From NCBI GenBank assembly GCA_013115145.1, contig JAAPAO010000077.1, forward strand, positions 1 to 64,000: 64,000 bases of DNA, in the 5' to 3' direction. Under the pieces are notes generated by a model. That model was not told the origin of the DNA and did no database searches. It was given only the letters and a program-made list of their open reading frames with translations. The first letter of the stretch is position 1. Every line of letters starts with the position of its first letter. This DNA comes from Perkinsus chesapeaki ATCC PRA-425 (taxonomy: Eukaryota > Protista > Perkinsozoa). This document shows, piece after piece, positions 36,601 to 49,799 of this stretch. The position numbers were made by a program, and so were the translations under genes.

Positions 36601-39600
36601 TCACCACAACCATTCTACAGCCCGCATTGCGCGACTGCGGCAAAAGCCCCCAAGCAAGGTCAACAGTCACCACCATAATCTGCACAAAAATGCCCCTGCC
36701 TCGGTTCGAACCCACGCCCTTACCTGTACTGCGCCACTTTCAAACAGCTCCATTAGACAGTCCCTTTCCCTATTGCTCAGACCTTCATGCATGTATCCGA
36801 CGCCATGCATCAATGACGTCACCAATCCACGCTCGCGAGTCTTCCAACCGTACTCCTTCGAAAGACCGCTGATATGCTCCTTCATAGCTTCCTCTGATAT
36901 ATGACGGAATCTGCACGCATGCACATAAAGATACAAAATAGGTTAACTCGAATGCACCCTTACCTGTCCGGACTGTTATCAGCTGTGGCTTGGAGCATCA
37001 GGTCGGCTGCCACCATTCTGCTCTGTCGGCGATCCCCAACAAACACCACCACCGGTTGAGTCGGAGAGTTCGCCTTAATCAAATTATACCTGTTAAACAA
37101 AAACAGTCATTCGTGAATCGCTTCGCTCCGCTAAAGTACGTAGGTCTGGTCATTGCAGCCATTCTCGCATTTCTGCTGTAGATGTCGTAACCATGAATGA
37201 TGACCTTCACCGGCACCGCACGAATCTTGGTCGGGAAGTTAAATTGAGAGGATACCGGTGCGCCCATCCAACCACCGAGATCGTTGGCATTCTGAAAATA
37301 AAATGTACCAACCAGGATTCGAACCCACGGCCTCCTTTCTTCAAGAGACCTCCGAGCCGGATTGACACCAGTGTAGCAATGCAAGTGGCACGTTATCAAC
37401 CCGATAGTTTCGAAGATTTGCCACCAAATCCCCAAAATGAGTCTATTCCCCAGCGAAATGGCACTGCAAAAATCTACCGGAAATTTCCACCAATTTTTCC
37501 CTTACCAACAACTGTGAGCGGAAATTCACATTTCATCACCGATTTACACCTTGAAGATTTTATAAACATAATTCCGCTCGTCTGACTTATGAAAAAGTGC
37601 GCCCGATAAAGCGACCGATAAAGGGGACCTACCGAGACGGACGCCGCCAAACCGATGATCCTGCATGGCTTGAAAGTCTCTCCATTTTCGGATGCCTGCG
37701 CTGCCAAGTTCGAGGTGATATATCTGATACCGACATTCCCAAATCTACACGCATGCACATGACACATACCTCATCCTCGACACGCACACTTCCATTGTGG
37801 CACCGACTGTAGGGTGATTCAAAAGATGCAGGTCATCGGCAATGAAGAGAGATACCTGACAATAATGCGAAATGGCCACCAACGGTACATTATCCAACTC
37901 GATGCCCAAGTACGGTGGTAAATCCATCGAGCAAAATGCGATTTAATAATCTACATTATGATATTAATTCTTTGATGTTACGGGAATGATTCTGATTCTG
38001 AATTTCATGACTGGGTAAAAAGTGCTAATTTTTCCACCAAAAACCAATTCCAAAGGAAATTAAATTTCCCCAATATCGAGAACCTACTCTAAAAAGCATA
38101 ACGTTGTCATTATTCCACAAAGAACCGCGTTCGAGCACATTCCCTTCCGGCCAAATTCAACGGCTTCTCACCTGTTGCACCGGCTTCCGAGTTCTCCACC
38201 TCCTCGACAACATATCCCAGTGCTCTGGTGTGGTGATGATAATATGCGACGAATCCAACAGCTTCAAGTCTTGCGAAGCCTCACCTGACAATCGCCATAA
38301 TTTAGCTAATTTTCAACCAACGCGAAAATCTTCTCACCAGTGAGTTTCGTAACAACACAGCCGAGGCCTTCTGACCCGAACTTCTTCTGCCAGTCAGTCA
38401 ACCTCAACTCCGCAAGCCGTTCAAACGGGCACATATATACGCATCGTTTAATCTGACAAAATTGGTAAACATGAAACGCTTCGCTCCGCCTACATCATAT
38501 TCTTTCAGCATCCTTAACACAGCAAACTCGGCACACTGCAATTTTCCAGAGTTGGCCGGCGCGCACAAGAGCGTGTTCTCATCGCTCTGGAACATCTGTG
38601 TGAACGTCTGCGTCTGTATAGGGTTCAACTTGCCAGCTAAGACAATGCGCATGCGTGCAGGCCTATCTCATACCGCTCTTTCCCCTACTCGCGCCATAGA
38701 AGACCTGCTCGGCCTTAGGCCACTTCAGTGCGGTTATCGGCAATGGCATCAGATCCAACAGCTCAGTCTCTGGAGGATTCCTCTCCGGTAGAATCAAACG
38801 ACGGAAGTTAACGGGCAACAGAGACTCTGCTCCAATCCACCTGATTGAGAAAAAAACGAAATCTTCGCAGTGCGAAAGATACGCCTCAGGGGCTGGCGTA
38901 TTCCCAACAATTCCAAAGGCGACCCAAAAATTTTCGCGAACCTAATTCGGTTTTTGCGATCGCCCATCGGCCTTAGGCTTATCAAACGAAACTCAAAGGT
39001 AAGCGAAAATTTTCCACTGGTGTCTTTCGATCAACCTATTTGGAATCTTTTGCCCCGAATGCCATTCCCAAATCCTTACCTGTCCGACACACATCTTATA
39101 AAGTAATGTGGCGGCATTGGATCTGTGATAGGCACCGTGAAGGTAAGCGTATGCTCCTGGTCAGCCTGGGACTGCCTCAGCGCAAACAACTCGTAATATA
39201 GTATAGTCTCCTGCTGAGTATCTTCAACAAAGATCCAGAAGGGCTCCGTAGTGGAGTGAACCTGAAACTCAATTTCTACTACTTCACCCATTTTCGAAAT
39301 TCCTCTCAAACTGCTACGCGAAATCCCCCTAGTGGCTACGAAAGCAATAGTCTCTATAAAATATTCCACCGAATATGATATACTATTCGATATCATACAC
39401 CTAAGACACCCCATCCCCACAACGCCGCTCACCTTCGGGTCGAACTGGAAATCTGGCGTCAATGTGAGTTCCACCAGCAGACAGCTACGAGTCAACGGTT
39501 GGACATAAGCCGCCAAATCAAGCTTAGGGAACTGATGGACGTATTTGTAGATGTGCTTTCCTGAAAAGGTCGCGAGTTCAAATCCCAGGTGGGGTATTTT

Positions 39601-42600
39601 TATAACCTAGTTTCGGCGCCCTCAGAAGTTCACCAATTTCGTGAGGTTTGTAATCATAGTACTGCTCGAAACGAATATCTTTCTTCTCGATTTTACGTAG
39701 AATATCCTGAACGTATCCAAGCTTGAAGCGCGCATGATGCAAAATAGCTCATACCTCCGGTATCTCCTTGAAGTGCCTTAAAGGAGTCTGTACGCTCCAG
39801 AAACGCTTCTCGACCACTTTGCTCCAAAGAAGCGCCTTCTTAGCCAGATCGGCCCAACCACGACGCAAAGCAATCTCAAATAGAGCACGGAAAATACGAC
39901 CAGCAGATTGCTCAACATACCTGATCAAACAAAAAGCATGCACGCATGCACAACATCATATAAATTCAAAAAGTTGCTATTTCCAAGCGGCGATGTCGGA
40001 ATACATACCCCTAATCCTAGGCCTTTCAGACCTGCCCCACTGAGTGCTAGAAGGGGGTCAACCTTGCTATAGCTTTTTACATTAGCATTTATTATTATCT
40101 TAATTCCTTAACAAACAGGTTGGTGAAGCATAAAGGACTTAATTTCCAACTGTGTCCATAACTGAGACTCCACAATACTCCATCATCGTTATTCACTATA
40201 TTATTATTCCTATAATACCTCAACACTGAAGACCCTCCCTCAGCTTCCCCTCTACCCCACCATGCCCACACTTACACCATGTCCGCTTGTAAGGCAAATC
40301 CATCCAGCGGCAACCGTGAGATATAAGCTTGCAGCAACACGTTTATCTTAGAGCCCGTCTCCTCAGCACCGCCCTTAACCGGTATGGGCACCTATTTGAG
40401 AAAAGATTCCCCAGAGCTTGATTGGCTAACCTCACCTTCTCCACCAGTTTACTGAGCTCAACCTTCTCCTCTTCTCTAACCGGAATGTATTTGAATTCCG
40501 AACTCAATGAGAATAGACGAAGCAGCTCTATATCAGACATGCGGGGCTTTAAATGTTGATTGTAGACAGCCATAGATGGATATCTGAATTAGAACAGAGG
40601 AAGTTACGGTATGAAAATACACAACAAAAAGTTGGAAGATGTCGACCATTTCTTCCTTAAGTACTTCGTCTAACGAAGCTATCGTTTTATCCTTCGTCAG
40701 TTCGACCCTTGCCGAAGCTTCACATGGTCGTTCGTGTTCAGTATATGTTGAGTAAGTAAAGGGAAGTTGGCCCACTAGTATTAACTGTATAATACTAATT
40801 CACATTTCCTATAATAATCATTTGTATAATTTATGCACGTCTCGAACCAGTATTAAAGATTTTGACGACATCTACAAAAGACTCCCTTCGCCAACGCTGC
40901 CTTGCGACCTCGCACGGCAGTGGTGCCAGATGATCATTTCATCCATCACTAGCCATCATCTCACCTTCACTTATACCATCACACCATCATCAAAATTTCA
41001 CGCGCCACAAAATTCCCTTTCTTACTTTATGTAATAATGTGCCGCAACTCTTCCCAAAGCTGTTATGTGGCATTGACCTGTTCTCTTATCGTATTTTACC
41101 AAACCATTCTTATCCAGCATCGACATGGCAGCATGGCAGAGATTAACACGATGCTGAAAAGGACAGAAATTGACAAATCACACTCACTTCCACAATTCTA
41201 AAAATTCTACAAAGCTCAGACCAGCGGGTCCCCCCCCGTCCACGCCGAGCGGCAGATAACAAAATCAATATGAAAGCTGGCAAGGACAATTTCGGTGAAT
41301 TCCCCAGCAGCATTAAAATTCCAATCCAAGCTTACCTGTATGAGCTTAGGATCATCCCTAGGATTCCCCTCCTCATCCCCCATCGGCACACCGTACAGCT
41401 GCGGTGCTTTCATCATCCTTACGTGCAGGTAAGTGTACCCGAGCCAACGGACGGCGTCATCTCGTGATGCTATGGTGCCAAGTGCCATCTCAGCATTGAT
41501 CATATCCGGCAGGGCAGATAGCATCTGCGATTCAATGGGAAGTTGAGTATTGTTAAGTGATAGGTAATATTGAAGCTCAGAACGATTGGTGATGACGATA
41601 CCTGAGAGAGGGGATGAGAGTGGATTGGACCAGGCTTGAAGTTGAACAAGATTCACACCCGCCATATCAACCCGCATCCCTCAAGCAGCACCAGTGGCAA
41701 TGCTGTTACCCGTATAACCCAGAACGCACAAGAAATTGATAATTTGATCCATGTTATATTATAACAAGAGTATTGATAAAGTGCTTCATATAAAAGTGCC
41801 ACTACTAATAGCTCTATCCCCCCTATTTCTCACCAATCTAGTAAATGCACTATTACCAATGATCTACAACTCGATACGTGTCATTATTATCAATATCTCT
41901 CGCCCCCCTACTCACCATGTCCAGTAGTATCATACTGTGGTCGTCCAGCTCTACCCATCATCTGCATCATATCCATCGGACTGAGTTCAACCCAATCACC
42001 CTTCTCCGGGCTGTACACTTGCGTGCCCTTAATAATAACCGTATGCGCCGGTAAATTAACTCCCCACGCCAAAGTCAACGTCGACACCAACACTTGAATG
42101 TGACCGTCCGCGAACAGATCCTCCACAGTAGTTCTATCAACTCTGGCCATTCCTGCATGATGAATGCCAAAGCCATACTTCAACAGATCCGCCAGATCCG
42201 GCGACTTGATCGTGTTCTCAATTTCATTCTCGATAATCTGTTTCGACGCTCCGCTGTCCGGCAGGAACTTCCCTAAGATTTCCTTCTCCATCGCCATGTC
42301 TCTCAGCTCCCTCGCCGTCTTCAACGTATCCTTCCTTGAATGTACAAATATGATAATCTGGTTGTTTCCAGCGTCCGCTTCGACCTTTTCAAACAATACT
42401 TCGTTCATGACATTAGCCCGTTTAATCGCCTTCTTCGAGCTCACTCCCACATATGTCTGGTCCAATGGCACCGGTCGATACTCCTGGCCGAAATAGAAGA
42501 GCCCACGGTTCAGGTTGACCCTCAAGAAAAGGGCGACATCCTTGTAGTTGGGCAAAGTGGCCGAAAGTCCCACCAACCGAACGTGCTCCTGAGTCTGCTC

Positions 42601-45600
42601 AATCTGCCGCAACGTACGAGCAACTATGGATTCGATGACAGGACCACGACTGTCGTGTAGAAGATGTATCTGAAATAATGAAACAAGAACCTCCTTGCGC
42701 TCAGTAATCTCCACAGTCTATCCCGCGCTCTTCCCCACAACAGTTCTTGCCGCAGTGAAGCTACTCCCAGTCGGTAAAATGCATACCGACTCGAGCTCCT
42801 ATGATTCCCCTCCTTCCCCGCATTCCTCCCCCAACTACCTCATCAATTATAATGAGTTTAACCAAAGCCGTGAAGCCTCGACTTTCGCCCGCCTTCCGAG
42901 TGACAACATCCCACTTCTCAGGAGTAGTAACAATAACATTGGTCTGCTCGATCTGTTCACGGCTGAGGGATTGGTCGCCGGAAAGCTCCTTAACGGTAAG
43001 ACCGAGGTCTCCCAAACGAAGAGAGAAGGATTGTACGACTTCCTGAAGTACAGAGAAAATAGCCGGTCGGTATAATCCTTTGCTATCATCCAGGCAACCC
43101 CGGTTCGATCCCCGCCCACCTGCACAAGTGCCTTCATTGGCGCGACATAGACCATCTTGAACGCGCTCGTATCGAAGCCATCTTCAGTCCTATACTGCTT
43201 CAACACCTACCACACCAGCAATCCTTCCTATGTCTTCATACCGACTTTTTCTCACATTCATGATCGTCAGCATAGCAACATTAGTTTTACCAGCACCAGT
43301 TGGCGCACACATCAATAGATTCTCCTCAAACTCGTTGTATGCCACCGGGAAGACCTGAACAACAGTGCAGCTAGAGGTGTCAGAAAATTCAACAAAACTC
43401 CTCACCTTCGATTGTACAGCATTCAACCTCTCAAAGTGCTTGAACGCCGGCCACGCCCATTCCGGTAGAGCGTCCTTAACCTGATCACCATAATTTAGCT
43501 AATTTCCATCGTCTTCGAAAACCCCCCTCTACCTTGATCAAAGCTCCCTCTTTAACCTTTGCCTTCGGTGGCGCCTGCACCACCACTTCCTCGTATCCTT
43601 TATGGCTCGAGGTAAACACATCGGTGTTCTTAGCGGGCTCAAACGACTGATTGCTCATAAACCTAAGCAATCAAAATTACATTAAAAATGCCCGTACCGG
43701 GGATCGAACCTGGCTCCTCCAGGCAACTGGAGATTCTCCAGATCCAAGAGCTTGGTAGGATTAGGCATCTTAGCAGCTTCCTTATTCTCTCCAGTGGAGT
43801 CGGGCATCTCAACATCACCATCATCATTGGCTGTAGAGGACCGTTTCTCGCCTTCCCTCAGTTTCTTAGCCTCGGACCTGAACAAGTTAACTTCACATTC
43901 ACCCCGCAATACATTAGACATTCCGTAAAAGAAAAGCCCTACAAGACGACCTCCGGGAACTACGGGCGCAGGCGATATTTTTCTTCCTTTACATTTTTAC
44001 CAACTAAGTCGGCCTGGAATATTTCAATTTCGCGTGGCTTACAGTGTTCCTGACAATCTGACAGCTGCAAATAAGAATATATTTCACTGCCGAGATGCCT
44101 TATACCGTGAACCCATCCTCCCACCTTAAATTCCTCCTACGGCTTCCACCGGCCTCTCTCTCGCCCTCCTTATCCCCTTCGCCAGCCTTGTCGTAGTCTT
44201 CGTGATGATGAGCAATACGCCATTCCTCAACAACCTCAGCGGCAGCTGGATCCTCGGTCATCTCTTTCTCCAAAGCTTCACGCTCCTCTAAAAATAAAAG
44301 TACCCTCCGTGGGATTCGAACCTGTGCGGGTTTGCCTACCTGGGGTTTGGGCTTGATTTATCTTCGTGCAGTACCATATCTTTATCCTGTTATTAACCAA
44401 GATCTTGCAGAAGTCGAAGTGCTTATATTTGAAGATTTGCACCAACTTATTCTCAACGCTCTGCGAGTCCGGCAACCTCAGCACGTCCAGAATAGATTTC
44501 TCCACCGAGATGACTTCCGAGCTATCCTTAACTCTTTTACCCTGATAACATATGAATACAATAGATAGTAATAAAGTAGGTAGGCCACCGCCGGGCCACA
44601 AACACATTACCCTAATACCAAGCGAATAAAGGGGCGATGATAATACACAGTACAAAGGTACCGAGACATATACGAAGAGGAGAAGAAGGAGCAAAAGAGG
44701 AAGTTCATAAATTACCAGACAACTTCACCTAGCAACACCAAGGCAAACTATATCTCAACTGGTTAGACCAATGATACTTGTTGTACATTTTACAAATGCA
44801 TCTTAACTGTTCAGAGACTAGAACGCGCAGTCACATGAACCACAGGCAATTATCCAACCTCAACCGACCCAAGAAGTTTATTACAAGTTCTCTCTGAAGC
44901 CAATGTGAATGGATCTTCTGGACTGGCAGGTCGGTCGAGGAAGTGTTCCTCTTCTTCGCTGCCGGGCCTTCATCCCCCTCCTCATCACCAGCCTTAATAC
45001 CGGCATCTTCATCATCATCTCCACCTAGAAAAGTAACAGCATCGATTCGAACCCACGACCTTCACAATAGCAGCCCAACCCCTTAACCATTACCCCGTTT
45101 CCTCCTCTTTCCGCCAGCGTCCATTCTATCATCCGCATCAGAATCTTCAGAATCGCTACTGGATTCATCCGACACTTCATCAGCGTACAACATATCATCA
45201 TCTCCTCCCATCTCTGAAATTAATCCACATACCCTTCCAATGGAACGAATCCACAATCACACCACTCGATGACGAACAGCTCAACTAGTTTCAGTAAGAT
45301 ATCGAATAAGTTATATTATCAATCTCACACCAGTGGCCGCTCATAAGCGTATTCACTGATCGATAATAATAATATAACTATATACAGTACTAGACATCCC
45401 ACAATTCCTATTATGTACCATAATAGTTTATATACTCTATGGATAAAATATGTATTACCCCTACCACACTATAATGACACTGCACTCAATAACAACCAAC
45501 CTTCCCCCAACTCACCATCATTCTCATCATCCTCATCAAAAGTAACAGCAACACCTGCCGGATCATCAGCTGCCCCTGCCAGCAGTGCAGCATCGACCTC

Positions 45601-47113
45601 CTCTGCTCCACCAGCACCGCCGCCCTCAGCGGCAGCCACTCCTTCATCCTCATCAACAGCAAAGTCATGGATTTGTTGGGACAGCCTTAACAGTTGAGTA
45701 TAAAGCTCATTGGTTAAGGAGCGAGGTGGCAGGATCTAAAACGAAACCCATTTTAACGGAGAAAACCCGAAACCCGAAAACCCGGATCCCATGCCGAGTA
45801 ATATGTATACCTACACATGGCGTGCAAAACCCTAAAGTCATGCATCAGGCAGGGTAAACGTTTCCCCGATCCCCTCCCTTCACAGCACCGACAGTTTCGA
45901 ACAAATGACGTACTTATCCATTACCGAAGTGCAAAACTGCCAAACTTCGCCCGCGAATTATTCCCTACTAGTGACACCCTTTTTGCTAGTCCTCCCAAAT
46001 CTCATCGACTTGCCCCAAGCCCCCTATCCTACCTCCTCCACATTCTCCTGCTTCAAAGCATCCTTCTGGTCCGACTTCAGTGCCATCAATATCTCATGCG
46101 CAGCTTCCCTCAATACCGTACTAGTCTCACCAACCAGCACAGTTGATAACACCGATAACATCTCATCATACGGCCTTTCAGATGCCCGGGATTTCGGTCT
46201 GAGGGAGCTCCTATAAAACCCCTCCTCCACCCCAGAATCTACCTGTATATATCTTCTCCTGCCTCTCCCACAGTAAGAACTGTCTCCCCTTTATTAATAT
46301 CAATACCCTTCCGACGTTTACGTAGACCTTTATCACCACCAGCCTCTGTAACAGCTTTCCTGAACAGATAAAATGCAATAGTAATATTACAGGATTTGGT
46401 CGCGTAAAAATTTAGCACATGCCGATTTAATTAACTTCACATTAAAAAATGTAGATATCCGAAATACGTTGATTTCAGACAAGATACAAAATAATTTAAT
46501 CGGCGAAAAACTAATGGGCAAATTTCTCAAATTTATATTCATTTACCATTTCGACTTTCCACATCAAAATCGATGCAACGTTCCAGTGTACAGCCTCGCG
46601 AGAACTAATAGACACTAATACGTAATTACGGGTTTGAGACAAAGCGGGGTGTGAGAGAAGTATTACACATGCCGTCGTTTAGCTGCCAAGGCCGCCTCTG
46701 GCTTCGGCTTGGTCTTCAGGACCTTGTCTCCCATGGTGTGCATTTTATGGTACCGCAGAGTCTCTGGCTCACCTGGAAAAGAGAATCGTATATTGCAGAT
46801 AAATCAACCTAAGTTGCATCTTACTCACTTAACCTCAAGATACGACCCATCCGTATGACTACCAAGTGAACTATAACTGAGCCTAATCCGAATTTAGCGC
46901 ACCTAGCTTAGATACTTTCTACTACAAACAAGGTGGGCATCTAGCACCTCCCCTACAACCTATAAAGTATCTTTCTCGCGTGAAGCTAAGATATCCCCTA
47001 TTACCCGTAGGTTCATTAGCCAGATGACTTCCTCCACCAGGATCCCTCTGTAGGACTAAGTTACTGTTCTCCTTATACTCGAACCGCTTGAAACGTTCGA
47101 ACTCCTCAGCCAT
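33667..47113 (-). CDS. BRR2: U5 snRNP 200-kDa helicase Brr2/SNRNP200 (dozens of introns)
   Basis: N-term [31 protein letters not shown]; cassette 1 [65 protein letters not shown]; degenerate cassette 2 [14 protein letters not shown]; Sec63 EESWWLV; C-term [17 protein letters not shown]. Confidence 0.97.
36680..36723 (-). other. 44-nt Brr2 intron consisting almost entirely of a tRNA 3'-end-like sequence
   Basis: GTAAGGGCGTGGG-TTCGAAC-CGAGGCAGGGGCA-TTTTTGTGCAG. Confidence 0.75.
37292..37335 (-). other. tRNA 3'-end-like sequence forming the acceptor end of a Brr2 intron
   Basis: GGAGGCCGTGGG-TTCGAAT-CCTGGTTGGTACA-TTTTATTTTCAG|. Confidence 0.75.
39564..39601 (+). other. tRNA 3'-end-like sequence, antisense, at a Brr2 acceptor
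   Basis: AAAAGGTCGCGAG-TTCAAAT-CCCAGGTGGGGTA-TTTTT; its reverse complement supplies CCTTTTCAG|. Confidence 0.7.
43043..43119 (+). other. 77-nt Brr2 intron resembling a degenerate tRNA body in antisense
   Basis: TAGCCGGTCGGTATAATC...CAGGCAACCCCGG-TTCGATC-CCCGCCCAC. Confidence 0.55.
43663..43709 (-). other. 47-nt Brr2 intron whose donor is the T-loop GTTCGA
   Basis: GCCAG|GTTCGATCCCCGGTACGGGCATTTTT...GCTTAG|GTTT; removal restores PGGAR-FMSNQ. Confidence 0.75.
44288..44339 (-). other. 52-nt Brr2 intron with a tRNA(Ser/Leu)-like 3' end
   Basis: GTAGGCAAACCCGCACAGG-TTCGAAT-CCCACGGAGGGTA-CTTTTATTTTTAG. Confidence 0.75.
45025..45093 (-). other. 69-nt Brr2 intron resembling a tRNA from the D loop to the acceptor strand
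   Basis: GTAATGGTTAAG-GGGTTGGGCTGCTATTGTG-AAGGTCGTGGG-TTCGAAT-CGATGCTGTTA-CTTTTCTAG. Confidence 0.7.
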
Positions 47114-48069
47114 GGTGAAGAAGAACAAGGAAGAAGATCTGATCAATCAAATCAATCAAGTGCCAGAATGCACTTGATAAAAGCATGGGCAGTTGCGAAT
47201 GAAAGAACATAGAAATAAGTAATTCATAATAGTGAATTTTTAGGAATTCCGAATTGCTTTTTACTGTCCTTTCATGAGCCCCTATATTATGATGATTAGT
47301 AAATATTAAGTGATGAAGGACTTATAGATAATTGTGATACTTACAGGTGGAAGCAAAATAATACAGATTGAATAAAGAAGAAGCAATGCAGAGCCTAATT
47401 TTCACACAAGCCTTGGAGGCATTCAATCAACCTATTTGGAATCTTCGACAATCGTTCACAAAACGAGATCCTGTCATATATCTCAGCCAGCAACCTATGG
47501 TCATCCTAGGAAGCCCCCAAGTCCAAAGCTTGGCAAAAGATACGGATCAGGTTGATTGGAGACCCTCTGCGTCCCTCACGAATAACCTAATCCCATGTTC
47601 TGGGGGCCAAATAAAGCGAAATAATATCCCCCAAGGAAAGCCACATCCACGCAAGCAACCTTGAAGTGTGTATAACCAGCGAATCCAAAAGGGAGTATTG
47701 CTCGTCAGCATTATAATATTGTATATTCCCAGGTACTGCAAACTAACAATAAAACCTTAACCACAATTTGGCGAAAAGTTTATAACGCGAAAGAAAAGCG
47801 CGCGCCCGAATGATCGGCGCACTTTGAAAAAGGTCGGGGATTGGTATCGCCTGTGGGAGCTGTTCTCTTGTAGCTCCTTTGTTTACTTTTGCCCATTACT
47901 AGAAGTGTACTCCGCTATTATTGATGCGTAGCCTTGGTATGGGTGTACCCGGTACACCTTTGGTTCAACCAACAACCTTACCAACACAAGTAGGGAGACA
48001 GCAACACTAGAACGCACCCTATAGATTTGACAACTACTCTGAGACTTAGTTTTACCAATATAGGTTGAC

Positions 48070-49596
48070 TTTTATTTTCCTCAGGAGATAGTAGCCCACT
48101 TCTGGGTCCCCGATACCTCCGACCCCTGGTTGCTGCTCATGCTACTTACCGTGGCGTGGTGTGTAAGTCAGGCCCCATGGCAAGATATCTTTTACTTCCG
48201 GAAAATCGGGCTTTCTTCGGGACTCTAGCAATTCGCCCTTGAGATTCTGTGCTTTGAAAATCTCTGTTATCTCCTCGACAACCAAAGGCTTATATGTCGA
48301 TACTACTGTTTGATGTTAATTTAATGCTAATCATTATATTATTCCTATTATACTTACGTTTGCGAATCTCATACGGCCGATTCCGAGAGCTGTCGACATC
48401 CGTAATTGTTGGTGAGATATATGATGGAGTTCTTTCAAAAATATCATTCCTCCAGGGTCACCCTGTAGTGACTCAATTTCAAATAATAATCTTTTTGTAC
48501 AGTAGAACTTCACTCCATCACCCGTCAACTCGTCGAACGCGTTCTTTATGTTCTCAGATCCTTTATTCGGTCCTAGTGTGCTCGATTGGCTGCATCAATT
48601 CGGGTCGCCGAGCCAGGACTCCTATGGGCCGAAAGTTGGCACCATTGACGCCGTTCTTGGCCAATAACCTCACCAGCCTTGCCAACACAATACTCAGGTC
48701 AGGCACAGGCATGCATCGACACAATTTCTGTCTCCCTCAGTTTTACAGCAGTATCAGTCTTTGCCATACAGCTCAGATCTGACGGAGCAACCATCAGTTC
48801 ACCCCGGCTAGTTGCAGGACCTTTAATAGAGTATCTTTCCATCGCCTACGTTCTTAATCGAGCTTGCTCCCTCCAGACACACCTCTATATTCTACATTGC
48901 TTTTGCAGCTTATTGTGTTTACGATATGCTCTGGGTTATCTTCCTCCAGCCCAGCATCGATAAGGTTCGTCACTATCATAATACACTAATTACATCTCAA
49001 TTCTAGGTCATGCTCGGCCATCATCTTTTATTTTTTGCGGTCGTATGGCTTCTCTACGCTGAAGAGGTTTTCCCCCTACTAGCAGCCACGCTACTATTAC
49101 AGGTAGTCCTCCTCCTGCTTTACCTCATATCAGCTCCGCCTCAGGAAGCATCTGGGCCTTTCGTTTGTATGTTGCATGTCCTAAGAGAAATAGGCATCAC
49201 CAAAGGGAAGCTCTATACTGCTAATGGCGTCACAATGACCATCACCTTCGGTGTTTTCAGAGGTACATTATCACCCCTCCACATGTATGTTGAATTTCTC
49301 CCCTCAGTGTTGCTCCCATTGCTCTCCATAATACACGTCTTTGTACATTGGCACAGTTCTGGTATCAACAACCGAATCAATTGGCGGATAATACTTTGCA
49401 TCACCCTTATCAATGCCGGATATTGTTTGCAGCTTTATTGGTTTGGAAAGATTGTAAGAGCACCTATATAGGCTCGTCACAACTACTGCTCAGATTCGGG
49501 GCCTCATCAAACACGTCATCGACGCGCCTTCTGTTATGTCCGAAAATGGGGAAGACGACCTCGAAGATGCCAAACCATTTCTTGAGGACAAAGTAA
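48070..49596 (+). CDS. TLC-domain (TRAM/LAG1/CLN8) membrane protein, multi-exon
   Basis: MLGHHLLFF, EASGPFVCMLHVLREIG..KLYTANG..TFGVFR, LQLYWFGKI; boundaries approximate. Confidence 0.7.
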
Positions 49597-49799
49597 GTGG
49601 CGCTATCAATCAGTATGATATAGTTTGCCCATCAGGTCCGGCAAGATAGAAAGTCGTCGAGTAGTTCATCCTATAACCCGAGACTCAGCGCACGATCGGC
49701 TGGCGATGCTGCTGCTGGCACTGGTTGACATGTCATTTATATTAGTTGTCAAACATCACATGTGTGTCTAGTTGAAAGATAGTGAAACCGTACACGCTG

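Noticed and set aside
47380-47741. Small minus-strand gene upstream of Brr2
   Set aside because: Splice-like signals are present but no coherent frame or homology could be built
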